Positions 28,701 to 40,166 of a stretch of DNA of 50,698 nucleotides are shown one piece after another. The notes beneath the pieces are model-generated. The model did no database searches and was not told the origin of the DNA. It worked only from the letters and a program-made list of their open reading frames with translations. Position 1 is the first letter of the stretch. Each line of letters begins with the position of its first letter. The stretch lies in assembly GCA_001724265.1 (NCBI GenBank), contig MEDY01000063.1:62001-112698 (forward strand). The letters run 5' to 3'. Source of the DNA: Rhizaria sp. SCN 62-66. Its lineage: Eukaryota. Made by a program: the position numbers and the translations under genes.

Positions 28701-31700
28701 CTGCTGCCGCCGCCGCCGAAGACGTGGGTACCAACAGGACTGATGACGCCCGTGGGAGTCGTCGAGCTGCCGCCGGTCAGGTGCGATTGCGACGGCTGCT
28801 GCTGCAGCGGGAGCTGCGCGAAGCTATTATTGTGGCTGCTGTTGTAGCTCGACGTGAGGTGACCGTGGGCACCATGCATTCCGTGTCCGTGCCCGTGCCC
28901 CCCGAACCCCGCCGATGACACCGACGGCGTCAGCCCCCTGCCTGCGCCGGCTCCGGCGCCGCGCACGCGCCCGCGCTCCCTGTCGCGCTCGCGCTCGCGC
29001 TCACGGTCCTCGCGCGCTTTCATCTTGGCCGACGCGGCCGCCGCGGCAGCGCGCGCTTCGGCCTCGGCCTGCGCCTCCTCGCGCGCCTTGGTGGCGGCGC
29101 GCTTGGCGACGGCCTCCGCGGTGGCCGTGTCGATCAGGCCGAGCTCGCGCATCACCGTGCGTGCGCGGCCGCGGCGGCGCAGAGAGTCGACCCAGCGCAG
29201 CCTGTGAACAAGAGTAGTGACGAGGAGTTAGAGGCATACATGAGCGAAATTTGAGACACATGCGAATTAACACGCGTTGCGTTATGATGTGATTGTGCAG
29301 TTGTGGGGGAATAATGTAACGTACCTGGCTTCCATGCCAGTGTCTTTGCGGCTGCGCGTATGCTCCGAGAGCTGCGGCCGCAGCGACAGCGGGTCGCGGC
29401 ACGCGTACGCGCGGATGCTGGCGTCGAGGCGCGTGATGAGCGCCAGCGTGGCGGTGAAAAAAAGTCCGAGCTGCTTGCGAATGCGGTGGAACTTGAGGAA
29501 GAAAGAGCCCGCAAAGACGAGCAGAACCTTCTTGAGGCGAGCAGCCTGTTGATGCAGAAAGTGTAAAGCAAAGTTAAGACCAGATAGGTTTGAAGCACAA
29601 GATGTAAGAATGAGGGACTAGAAACAGATACACGTATATTACGCGCCAGTGCAGTTGAATTATACAGATTATGGCCACCGCAATTTGGTGCGCGCAATTT
29701 TGAGTGCGTACCTGTTCGCGCTTCTCGATGTGGACTGCGCAGAGGAGGTAGAAGCGGCGGTCGAGCTTCTGGATTTGGCGCCGCTGCGCCAGCAGCTCGC
29801 CCTGGGCTAGCTCCCGGGCTGCCACGGCGGCGTCCTTCTCGCTCTCCATGCGCATCAACTCGCTGTGAGCAAGACAAAACAAAACAAAGCAAGACGACAA
29901 TACAGAACGATCGTGAGGCGACTAGAATAAAACACATTTCATGCCGCCGCGTGTTATAATAGAATACGATCGGAATAGACTAAATTGAAGATAGATGCAG
30001 AGTAAGCATATTTAAATCGGAGTATTATAAACATATTTGTTCATTTTTGATGCACCATATCACGTACCGTGCGAGCCTGGTCTCCTCGGCCTGCGCCTGC
30101 GTGACGAGCTCGAGCCCGCGGAGGAACTTGCCGTGCGCCACGAGCTCGGCCTCGCGCGACTTGCGGCTCGCCGCCAGGTGCTCCGCGGCGTTCTTCTCCG
30201 CCGCCTCGACCAGCGCGGCCGCGTCCGCCACACTCGCCGCGCGCGCAGCGCGGGCGTCCTCGCTGGCCGCGGCCGCGGCCGCCCGCGCCGAGGCGAGCTC
30301 CGCCCGTAGCGCGGAGGCCTCGGCGCCCCGGTCGCGCCGCGCGAGCGCCAGCTCGTGCCGCAGCTCGCCCGCAGCCTCGGCGCCCGCCGCGGCGTCGGCC
30401 TCGGCGGCGGACGCGCGCGCCAGCGCCGCCGCGAGGTCGTCCTTGAGCTTGCGCTCGCGGCGCTCTCCACGCTGCCGCTGCTCTTCCAGCCGCGCGAGCT
30501 CGGCGGCGTGCGCGGCGCGCTCCGCCCGCTGCTCCTCGCGCAGGAGCGCCAGCTGCGCCTGCAGCTTCGGGGCAATGCCCAGCCCGCCGCCGCGCGCGAG
30601 TGAGAAGGCGGCCCAGTCGACGTTTGTTGCGCCGGGACCTTCGCCGGCGCCAGAACCAGTGCCGGCGGCAGCCGACTTGCCCGCGCCATCGGCGCCGCTC
30701 AGGTCGCTGGCGATGTTGAAGCCCGAGGCTGAGGCGGCCGAGGTGGGGGAAGTTAGGCCACCCTGGTTGCCGAATAAGCCGCTCAGCGTGGTAGCCGAGT
30801 TGTTGGTGCCGCGGTTGGTGTTCAGCCTCGCAGCACCCTGTTGTTGTTGCTGCTGCTGCTGTTGCTGTGGGTGGTGTTGCGCAGGGGTACTTAGATGTGT
30901 AAGTGCCGGCGTGAGCAACGGCAGGTGCGAGTACTGGTTCAAGAACGCTGGCCGCGGCTGCGGCAGGTTGGTCGCGGCCGCCAACGACGACTCTAGAATC
31001 GCCACGGTGGCGTCCGCGGCGTCGGCGTCGGCGGCAGCGGCGGCGGCAGCGGCGGCGGAGAGCGACGAGGGCGTCGCGGGCGGGGACCCGTTGCTGCCGC
31101 TGCCGCTGCCGCTCCCGCTGACGACAAGGGCATTGCTGCTCGAGCCAGAGCCAGAGCTCGAGCCAGAGCCTGCGGTGCTGTGGGTGTGCGAGGCCGAGGC
31201 GGCGGCGGCGGCGAGGCGCGCGGCGGCCAGCGCGACGCGGAGGCGGGAGATCACTACCACGGGCTCGGGCGCGTACAAAAACGGCAGCTCCGTGCTCTTG
31301 ATGCCTCCACCGTGGTTGCTGTTGCTGTTTGCAGAGTAAAGCGCGGTGAGGCGCGTTTGCAGCAAAGGCTCGAGGCCCTGGGGCACAGTCATGCTCACGG
31401 TCACGTTGAGGTTTGCACTAGAAGAGCTAGCATTGCCGTTCGCAGCGGCGCTCGCGGCGTTGACAAAGGCCAGCGCGAGCCCGGTCAAGTGGCCAACGGC
31501 GGCGTTGTTCGCATTACTGCTACCACCGTGCATCAATGAGGACGCGGTCTGACTTTGGTTAGTCAAGCCGCCGCGCGGCCTGATTTGCCGGTTCGCACTC
31601 GTCCCACGCGGTGTGAGCCGCTGCTGCTCGCGGTCAGCGCTGCGCTCGCGACTGCCGCTGCGGTTCGCGTTGGCGTACGCGTTGTTGTTGGCGGACGCGT

Positions 31701-34700
31701 TGTTGTTGGCGTTGGCGGCGTTGTTGTGGTGGGAGCTGATCGTGGACGCGTCCGGGAGGGGCGGCGGCAGCGACAACACGGAGTGCGGCGAGAAGCCCGG
31801 CATGGGCGCGTTCAGGCTGCTGTTCGCGCCCGCGCCACCCGCGCCTGAGACGCTCTCCGTGTCGTCGGCGGTGATGCCGGTGTTGCCGTTCTCGTCGTCG
31901 TTCGCAGTGACAACTTGGGGCACCGAGTTGATGTTGATGCCGTTGTTGTTGTTGTTGTTATTGTTGCCCGCAAAGAAGGTCTGCCGCGCGTTGTTGCTGA
32001 CGCTGCTGCTTTTGTTGCTGTCGGGGTCGTTTGAGTCGCTGGCGTTGTTCGCGGTGTTGCCGCCGCCGCCGCTGGTGTTGTGCGGGTCATGGTCGTCGAC
32101 GGTGACCGTGAGCCCCGTCGTCAGCGCGCGGTTGCTGCTCGCGGAATTTATACCCCCCGCGGCGACCTTAGACCCGCTGCCAGCAGCAGCCGCGGCGCTG
32201 CCGCCACTGCCCGCGGCCGCAGTCCCGCCCGTGGCCGATGCCCCTGCGGCAAGCGCCGCAAGGCCCACGGAGCCGGTCTGGCGCCGTGCGTGGCCGCCCC
32301 TGCCGCGCGCGCTGGCGCCGGCACCGGCGCCGCCGCCGAGGGTGTTTGAGTTCGTGGGGGGCGTGGGCAAGCGGCCCTTGCCGAAGCCGCCGGCCATGTT
32401 CGCGATGGCGTTGGCGGTCGTGTTGGAGGCGGCCGTGGCGGCGGCGGCCGCGGCGGTGGCGGTGAGGGCGTGCGCGAGGGCCAGCGTCCAGGGGTTGCTC
32501 ACAGTCATGCTCACACTCACCCCAGTTGCAGCACTCGAGCCTGAGCCTGAGCCGGAGCTAGAGCTAACGTCGTCGCTGTTGCTGGCAGCGTCGACGGAGG
32601 GGCTGTGCGGCGAGTCCGCGCGCTTCTGCTGCTCAGTGTAAGCGTCCTGCTTGTACTCGAGGTCGCGCAGCCGCGAGCCGCGGACGACGGCGGGCGCGGA
32701 TGAGGCCGAGACGAGCGAGGTGAGCTCGGAGACCAGCGCAGTCGTCAGCTTCTCCTTCTCCTCCTGCTCACCCACACTCGCGCTCGCGCTCGCGGCGGCG
32801 GCCCAGGCGGTGGTCTTCTTGGCCCTGCTACCGCCGCCCGCGCCGGCGCCGGGCAGCGCGGGCGTCGTGTTGGTCGAGCGCGGGGGGAGACCGGCGCCCG
32901 TGCCGGTGACGGAGTTGAGCCCGCTGGCCGAGGGGAGCAGCAAACTAGAGCTGGGGTTGGCGGGGTTAAACGCGGGGGAGCCGTTGCCGCTCATCGGGAC
33001 GGGGGACATGATGCCGCTGTTGGTCGAGCCGCCCACAGTGTTATTGTGACCAGAGGTGCTCACGGCCGCGTCTCCCTCAGTCAGGCCACCAGCGGTGCCG
33101 TTGGGGCCGACGAAGGACGACGACGACACCGCGCCGGAAGTGTGGCCGCCGGCGCCGACACCGAGGGGCGTGGGCGTGGGCGCAGCGACGCGCAGACCGA
33201 GGTTGGGGGAGCCGCGCTTGCTGTTGAAGCTGCCCACACCGCTGCTGTTGCTGCCACTGTTCGCGTCGCCCTTGTTAGCACTGTTGTTGTTACTGTTAGC
33301 TCCGCCAACAAGGTTGCCGGAGCTATTGTTGTGGGTTAACGTACTGTTCATACCGGTGCCATTCGGGTTAGAGATGCGGGACAGCGCGCGCTTGCCCCAG
33401 ACGAGAGCCTTGTTACGCAAGTCCTGAAACGCTACAACAGCGGCCGCGACCTCGGCCTCGGCCTCGGCCGCCTCGGCCGCGGCGGCCCGCAGCAGCGCCG
33501 CAAACAGTGCGGGGTACAATTGCTCAATGCTGGCAATATCGCGGTAGGCCAACACCGCGATGTGGCAGTCAGACTCGGCCACAACGTCGCACGCGCGGCG
33601 CGGCTTAAGTTTGGGACTGGAGGCCGCCGCGGAGGCGGTTGAGTCGGTTTTGTGGTGGTGAGGCGGCATCGACGACGACGCGGCGACAAGCGCACTCGAG
33701 TTACTTTGCTGAGCGCTGTTGGTTTTGCTGTTGCTGTTGCGGTAGTAGTGGTAGCCGCCGAAGCCCATCACGCGGCCCAAAGGCACAACGAGCACTTCGG
33801 ACGATGAGTTGCTTGCACTGGGGCCAGCAGCAGTCAGAGTCGCCGGATTCGCTGCGGCCGCCGTCGCTGTCGCAGAGCTGCTGCCGGCGATCGCACCCGC
33901 ACCCGCACTCGCGCTGCTGCTGCTGCTGCTGCTGCTGATGCTGTTGCTTGAGCTGCTGGAAGTGCGCTGGAGAGCGATCACACTGCCTGTAAGAGGAATG
34001 AAGGCGAAAGTCGCGACGTCGCCGTACTTGCACACAGTCTCTCCGGCCCGTAGATGGATGACCGTGAGCAGGCGCGAGAGAAGCGCGGCTAAGGGGGCCT
34101 CGGTCGCATCTAAGGGTCCCTTGGACGCAGACAACGGAGAGCCGCTTTCAAAGCCGGCGTCAGAACTGCTGTTGCTGTTGTCAGAGCTACGGGTCAGGTT
34201 GAGCGCGGTGGCCAAAGGCGAGGGCTGGCCCGAGGAGCCCCTTAGACATGTAAGTGCGTCCTTGAGCAGCGAGAAGACGACCGCCTCCGCCTCCGCCTCC
34301 GTCTCAGCAGCGCACTTGTCCTCGCTCTCCTCATGCGCGCCGTGGCTGCTCTCCGCCGCGCTCTCGCCATCCTGCGCCTGCGGCTTCACAGTGTGGGAGA
34401 ACAGCGCGGGCGCGAGCGAGTGCGGCAGCCACTTGACGAACAGGTCGCCCCGGTTGACGCTGAGGCCGGCCAGCGCGCCTGTGGCGACAGTGTGGGCGGG
34501 AAACGACGCGGGCAGCGGGAAGTTAAGCCGCGACGGGGCGACGTTGAGCCGCCCGTTAGAAGAGTTCAGCCTGCCTTGGTTGCTGCTCGAGCTAACAGTC
34601 GTCGTCATATTATTGCCCGTTGTCGTCGTCGTTGTTGTCACAGTCATCATCATCGTCGTCGTCGTCGTCGTGCTGGTGGTGGTGGTGACTGTGCCGGCGT

Positions 34701-37700
34701 TGCTGAGCTGTTGCTGCTCGTGCTGCTGCCACAACGCGCTGCCGATGTGATCACCGTAGAAGCCGCACATGTTATTGCTCCAGACGTCAAGCCCGCTCCC
34801 GGTGCCGCCGAACGCGCCGTTCGCGTTGGCGGGGTCAACCGCGAAGCCAAACCCGCCCATGGACAGAAGCGCACCGCCGTTGCCGGCGTTGGCGCTGCTG
34901 CTGCTGGCGGCGGTCGCGGGTGACGACAGAGGCGAGAAGTGCATTGGCAGCGCGCTGCTCTTAGTGTTGGTTGTGCGCCTCGGGTTGACCGCGCCACTCG
35001 TATTGCCAGTCGTGGTAGGCGTGATACCCACGTTGGCGTTGGTGTTGCTGCGCGTGTTGGTAGCGTTGAGAGCGCTCGTCGACCGAGGACTCGCCAGCCC
35101 ACCGCCGCCGCCGCCGGCGCCGCCGCTGGCGTGCGCGTGCGGGTTGGGGGCCGGGCTCGGGGACAGACCGAGCACCGACGACGACACGGCGCTGCTGTGG
35201 CCGCCGCCGTGCACGTTGCCGCTGCCGCTGGTGTGCGTGCCCAGGGACGGGGGGCCGGGGGTGTACGAGTAGTGCTGCCCGCCGGGCCCCAGTCCGCCCG
35301 AGATCGACATCCGCCGCTGCGCAGAAAGCGACATTGCATTGGGAGCGTTGATCGTGCCGCCCGCGGCGCCCTTGTTATGCGCGGCGGCGGCGGTGGCAGC
35401 GGCGGTAGCGGTCGTGACGGCCGCGGAGCCGCGGCGGCCGGCGGCGACGGCTGCGGGCCGGCCCCGGACAGCGCTGCCGCCCGCAGCGCTACTGCCGTGG
35501 GCCGCGCCGTGCGCGTTCGCAGCACCCGGGGTGGTGTTACCGTTGTTGCTGCTGTTGCTGACGAGCGCGCTCGCGTGCAGATTGCTGTGGCTGCTGAGGT
35601 GGCTGCCGCTGTTGTTGTTGGCGAGCGGGGTGCCTGCGCTCGACTGGCGCGAGATGACTCCACCCTTGGCCAATGTAGACTGCGCCGCCGTCGGCGTCCG
35701 GTTGCCGGCTGACGAAGTCGCCGCGGTGGGCGAGTTGCCGTGGGCGGGGGAGGACGGCTTCGAGGGGGGGCCGTGGGTCGGAGAGGTCGGCTTCGAGGGG
35801 GGACCGTGGGCAGGAGAGGTGGCCGGAGAGGAGAGTCGGGAGCCTGCACTCGTGCCACGAGCCGGCTTGGCTTTCGTAGGGCTGCTGCTGCCGCTGCTAG
35901 CGTTCGCATTTACGGTCGCAGCCGCATTGGGGGTTCTAGAGCGCGTGCCCACAGCGTCGTCAGCCGCGCTGGCGTTGACGTTCACTCTAACAGCAACATT
36001 TGCGCTTGAATTAATGCTCGCGCCCGCAGTGGGATTGGGCGCAGTGTTGTTTGCGGTGCTGATCCCGATAGGGTTAGTGTTGTTGGCGTTGTTGTTGATT
36101 GACTTGGTGATGTTGAGGACAAGGTCAGCGTCGTCGTCGTCATCGCCATCGTCATCGTTGGTATCACTGCTATTGTCGCCGTCATCCTTGTTGATCTTTG
36201 CAGGCGCGCTCGCGTAGAGGGCGTTTGCCGTGCCCAGGCTGCTGCGGGTGCTCATCGCTCTCGCCGTGTCGCCGTCACCAGCAATCGCGCTCGCGCTTGC
36301 ACTCGCACTGGCGCTGGCACTGGCGCTCAGGATAGCGCCCGCCTGCGGGTTCAGAGTGTTGGAATCGTTGTTGGTGTTGGTGTTGTTGTTCACCGCCTTG
36401 CTGTTGCTGCTGCTGCTGCTGCTGCTGCTGTTGCTGTGGCTGATGCTGTTCGTGCTGACTTGCCCCAGCGTGCTCACGCTGTCCGAGCTCGTCAGCCGGC
36501 GCCGGCGGCTATTTGTGCTGGCGTTCTTGCTCGCGCTCGCGCTACGGTTGCTAGACCCGACCGCGTGCATCGTCGCCCTCAGGTGGTTGCGGCTCGCGGT
36601 CTGACTCGCGCTATGACTTTCATCGTCGTCGTCGTCGCCGTTGTCGTCGCCGGCGTCGTAGTGGTGCATGTCGTCGTCGTTGTCGTCAGCGTTGTGCGCG
36701 CCGTCCCCGTCGCCCTCGTCGCTGCTGTTGAGCGCGTTGTGGTTGCGGAGACTGAGCCGGTTCGTCGTGAAGATGCTGCCGCGGGGCTTGCGCAACGCAT
36801 CACCGTTCTCGGCCTTCTCCGTCTTCTCAGCGGTGTCAGCCGCAGCCGGCGGCTTCACGTTGTGGTCGACAGCCTCGTCGATAATGAGAGTGTGCTTTTC
36901 AGGAGTTGCCGCATTGTTAGTGTTGTTGTTGTCGGCCTCAGTGGGAGCCTTGGCGGCCTTACCAGCGCTTGAGCCACTGCAAACACTGTTCTTGTCGGCG
37001 TTGGCGTGTGCTTCAGCAGCAGCATCAGCCGTGTTCGCGAGCTCGCTGTCGACGACTGCGACAACGGGGGTGTTTGCAGTCGCACCATTCAGGTGAGCGC
37101 TGTCACTGGCACTGACATGCGCACTGACATGTGCGCGAGCACTGGCGTTGTCGTCCTGACTATGATTGCGACTGGAATTGGATGCGACTGCTGCTGCGGC
37201 ATCAGCGTCGCCGTCATCTCTCGCACTGGCGCTCGCACTGCGGTTAGCTGCAGCACTTGCACTCGCACGGGCACTGGCGCTGGTGCTGGCGCCGTCACGG
37301 ACTCTCGCAGCAGCACTGGCGGCCTCAGCAGCGCTGTTGTTGTCTGCGGCGCTTGCCTTAGCAGCATCGCTGGCATTGACGGCATCACTGGCGCTGACAG
37401 CAGCGCTGCTATGGTTGCCGTTATGCTTTGGAGCGAGGTCGGTGGCATTAGCATCGCTGCTAGCGCTGTCGGCAGCGTCCAAACCAGTCCCTGAGGCAGC
37501 GTGAGCAACTCTAGTGTTGTCGTCGTTGCCCTGATTACGGCCATCGTCGCCATCGCTGTAAATGTAGCTAGCATTGCTGTTGCCGTTCGCGCTCGCGACG
37601 TCATTGTTCTTGTCCTACTCGTCCTCATTGACTCCGCTCCGACTACCCGGGCCGTCGGCGCTGTCAGCCTGCGTTTGCGCCTCCGCCTCCGCCTCCGCGT

Positions 37701-38943
37701 CGTCGTCGCCCTCGGTCTCGGCGAAGCTGCCCAGGTTGCCGTTGCTGCCGGTGGTGTTGTTGTTGTGGAGAGAGTGCGAGTCGTCCGACAGCGAGATCGA
37801 CGACCGTGTCGTCGGCTCGGGCAGCGCCGCCAGAGAGGGCCGCGGCATCGCGAACGCGTCCGCCAGAGAGCCATCGGCGAGAGTGGACGAGGACTGCGAG
37901 GGCGATGCCAACAACGACGACGAGGACGGGAGCGGGGGCGCGAGCAAGTGCTGCTGCTGCGACTGCGCTGAATTAGCGTGGGTATCCATGTGCGCATCAA
38001 CAGTAGCATCAGCATCAGCGTCAGGCGTTGCCTCGGCCTCGGCCTCGGTCTCGGCATCAGGCTCAGCTTCAGGGGCAACAATCGTGGCGTCGTCGTCATC
38101 GTCATTACCGTTGATGTCAGTGTCATTGATGTTATTATGAATGTTATTGTTGTTGTTGTTGGGCACAAAGGAGTGCAGAGTGATGTCTTGCGCCGTGGCA
38201 GTCGCATTGCCAGCCATGACAGCAGCGGAAGTCGCCGTCGCCGCCTCAGCCGTGTCAGACGCAGACTTCGCCTCCGCATTAGCCTCAGCATCTGCCTCCG
38301 CATGAGCCTCAGCCTCAGCCTTAGCCTTGGGCTCGGCCAAAGCCTCGGGCTCGGCCAAAGCCTCGGGCTCGGTCACAGCGGCAGCGACAGCGGCAGTCGC
38401 AGCGTCCGCCTCAGGCTCGGCTTCCACAGCAGGCTCGGCATCAGACTCATCAGCTTCCACGTCAGCCTTCGACTCGTGCTCAGGTTCAGGCTCAGCATGA
38501 GCCGCAGACTGAGTCTCCTCATCGTCGTCAGCCTCAGTCTCAGCCTCTGCGTCGAGGTTATCGGTGGCAGTTGCAGCTGCAGAGCCGTCGCCGACTCTGT
38601 CGCCCTTGTGACTGGCAGTAGCGCTGGCAGCAGAAATAGCAGCAGCTTCGGTCGCGTCCCCGGCGTCGGCGTCCGCAGCGTCAGCTGACGCGCCGTTGCT
38701 GTTGTTGTCAGCGTTGCTACCGACTTCGTCGTCATCATTAACTTCTCTGTTGTTGTCGTGGCTGCCGTTACGAGTGCGCGCGGCAGAAAGCAACAGACGC
38801 ACGGCGCTGCCGCTATCGCGAGCGCTCACATTGGTAGCAGCGACATCAGCGTCAGCATCAGCAATCGAGGCAACCGCAGGAGTGGCGACTGAGGCAGAGG
38901 CTGGGACTGCCTCGTGTTGGGAAGGTCCCGGTGAGTCAGACAT
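25713..38943 (-). CDS. Giant (~4,186 aa) low-complexity A/S/N/G-rich protein with a cyclic-nucleotide-binding-like domain and C-terminal coiled coil; exons 38943-30068, 29862-29712, 29545-29325, 29201-27275, 27098-25713; one in-frame TAG at 37615-37617
   Basis: ORFs 37615-38943 and 30025-37482 share a frame and are separated only by one TAG plus 44 sense codons. Four GTACG-AG introns join the downstream exons in frame (12,561 nt total). cNMP-like segment IHLRAGETVCKYGDVATFAFIPLTGSV..G..RRACDVVAESDCHIAVL at ~33500-34075. Ends TGA. Confidence 0.72.
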
Positions 38944-40166
38944 CGCTCAAAGCGGCTTGCTCACGCAAATGATGAACACAAGCGTAAAAGGCCTAGCTGT
39001 AGGTTCAGAAAACAGTCAAAAAGAAAGCGTATGGGCAGTGAAATTCAGGAAAAAGCAAGCTTGGTCTGAGAGAGAAGCTGCTGGGGCAGAGAGGGACGAG
39101 GAGGGGGCGCAGAGAAGGGGTTAGAGTGAGACTTAAGGAAAATAAAGGAACACAATTAAAATGAAAAAGAACAAAGAGTACAATACTTGAAATGCGGGTT
39201 TGTTGACGAACAAAAAAGCGCGATAGAGGTTCCTAAAGTTGCTGCGACTGGATTGCAGAGTAACTGCAACGGACTGGGTCACGGTCACTTTGCTGGCGCC
39301 GACTGGCGAAGATGAATCGAACACGAATAGAACGAGTCAAGACTAACGTTGTTTGAATTAAAACGTAGATTTATACATTTGTAGAACTGTTTATTGATCA
39401 TATTAAAACGACTCACTTTCTATATCAAAGAACAAATACGTCATCACCATAGAGAAACAAAAATAATCAAAGCCCACCAAGCACATTGCGCGTGTGCTTG
39501 GAATATACTTTAATAGTACGTCTTATCTTGTTGTTGTTGTTGTGGTTTGCCCGACATTATTAAGCGTTGCCATAGCCGTTGTTGTTCGTTCCATAGGGAG
39601 TCGTCGCATCAGTAAAGCAGCAAGTAGCAAACAACATCAGAGTGAGTTGCGTGATAAGGACGACACCTCTCGTGCCGTGTGACTGCTGCTCGCGCGCTGT
39701 TGTGTGGTTTGTTGTTCGTACAGTGCTGAACCAAACAATCTAAGTAACGTATAGCACTGACACACCAGGAACAACAGAAGCGAGAAATTACGGCTACATA
39801 ATCCGATTGCGACCGCGCCTCAACGCTCCCCCGCTCGCGTCCCATTCGCACACCTACCAGTGAACACGAATCGAACGCGTAAAAACAAACAACACGACAA
39901 AACAACGCTCACTTGCTGATTTTCCGCCCGTTTCTGTTGTGTGTTATATCTTGTCTTCATGTTTTCTTTTCTTTTGAACTTATATTTTACACTCTCATAA
40001 CCTCCGTTGTCGGGTACAGTCTCTTGACAAGGCAAAAAACTCACACAACTCAAGACTTAGGCTTTACACTAGTGCGTTATAGCGATGCCATGAGTCCGAC
40101 TTGCTGTGCGTGTTTACCCCTATCTCCACGTAAGTACCCCATAGACAGTCTAAGTATCCTGTGCGC

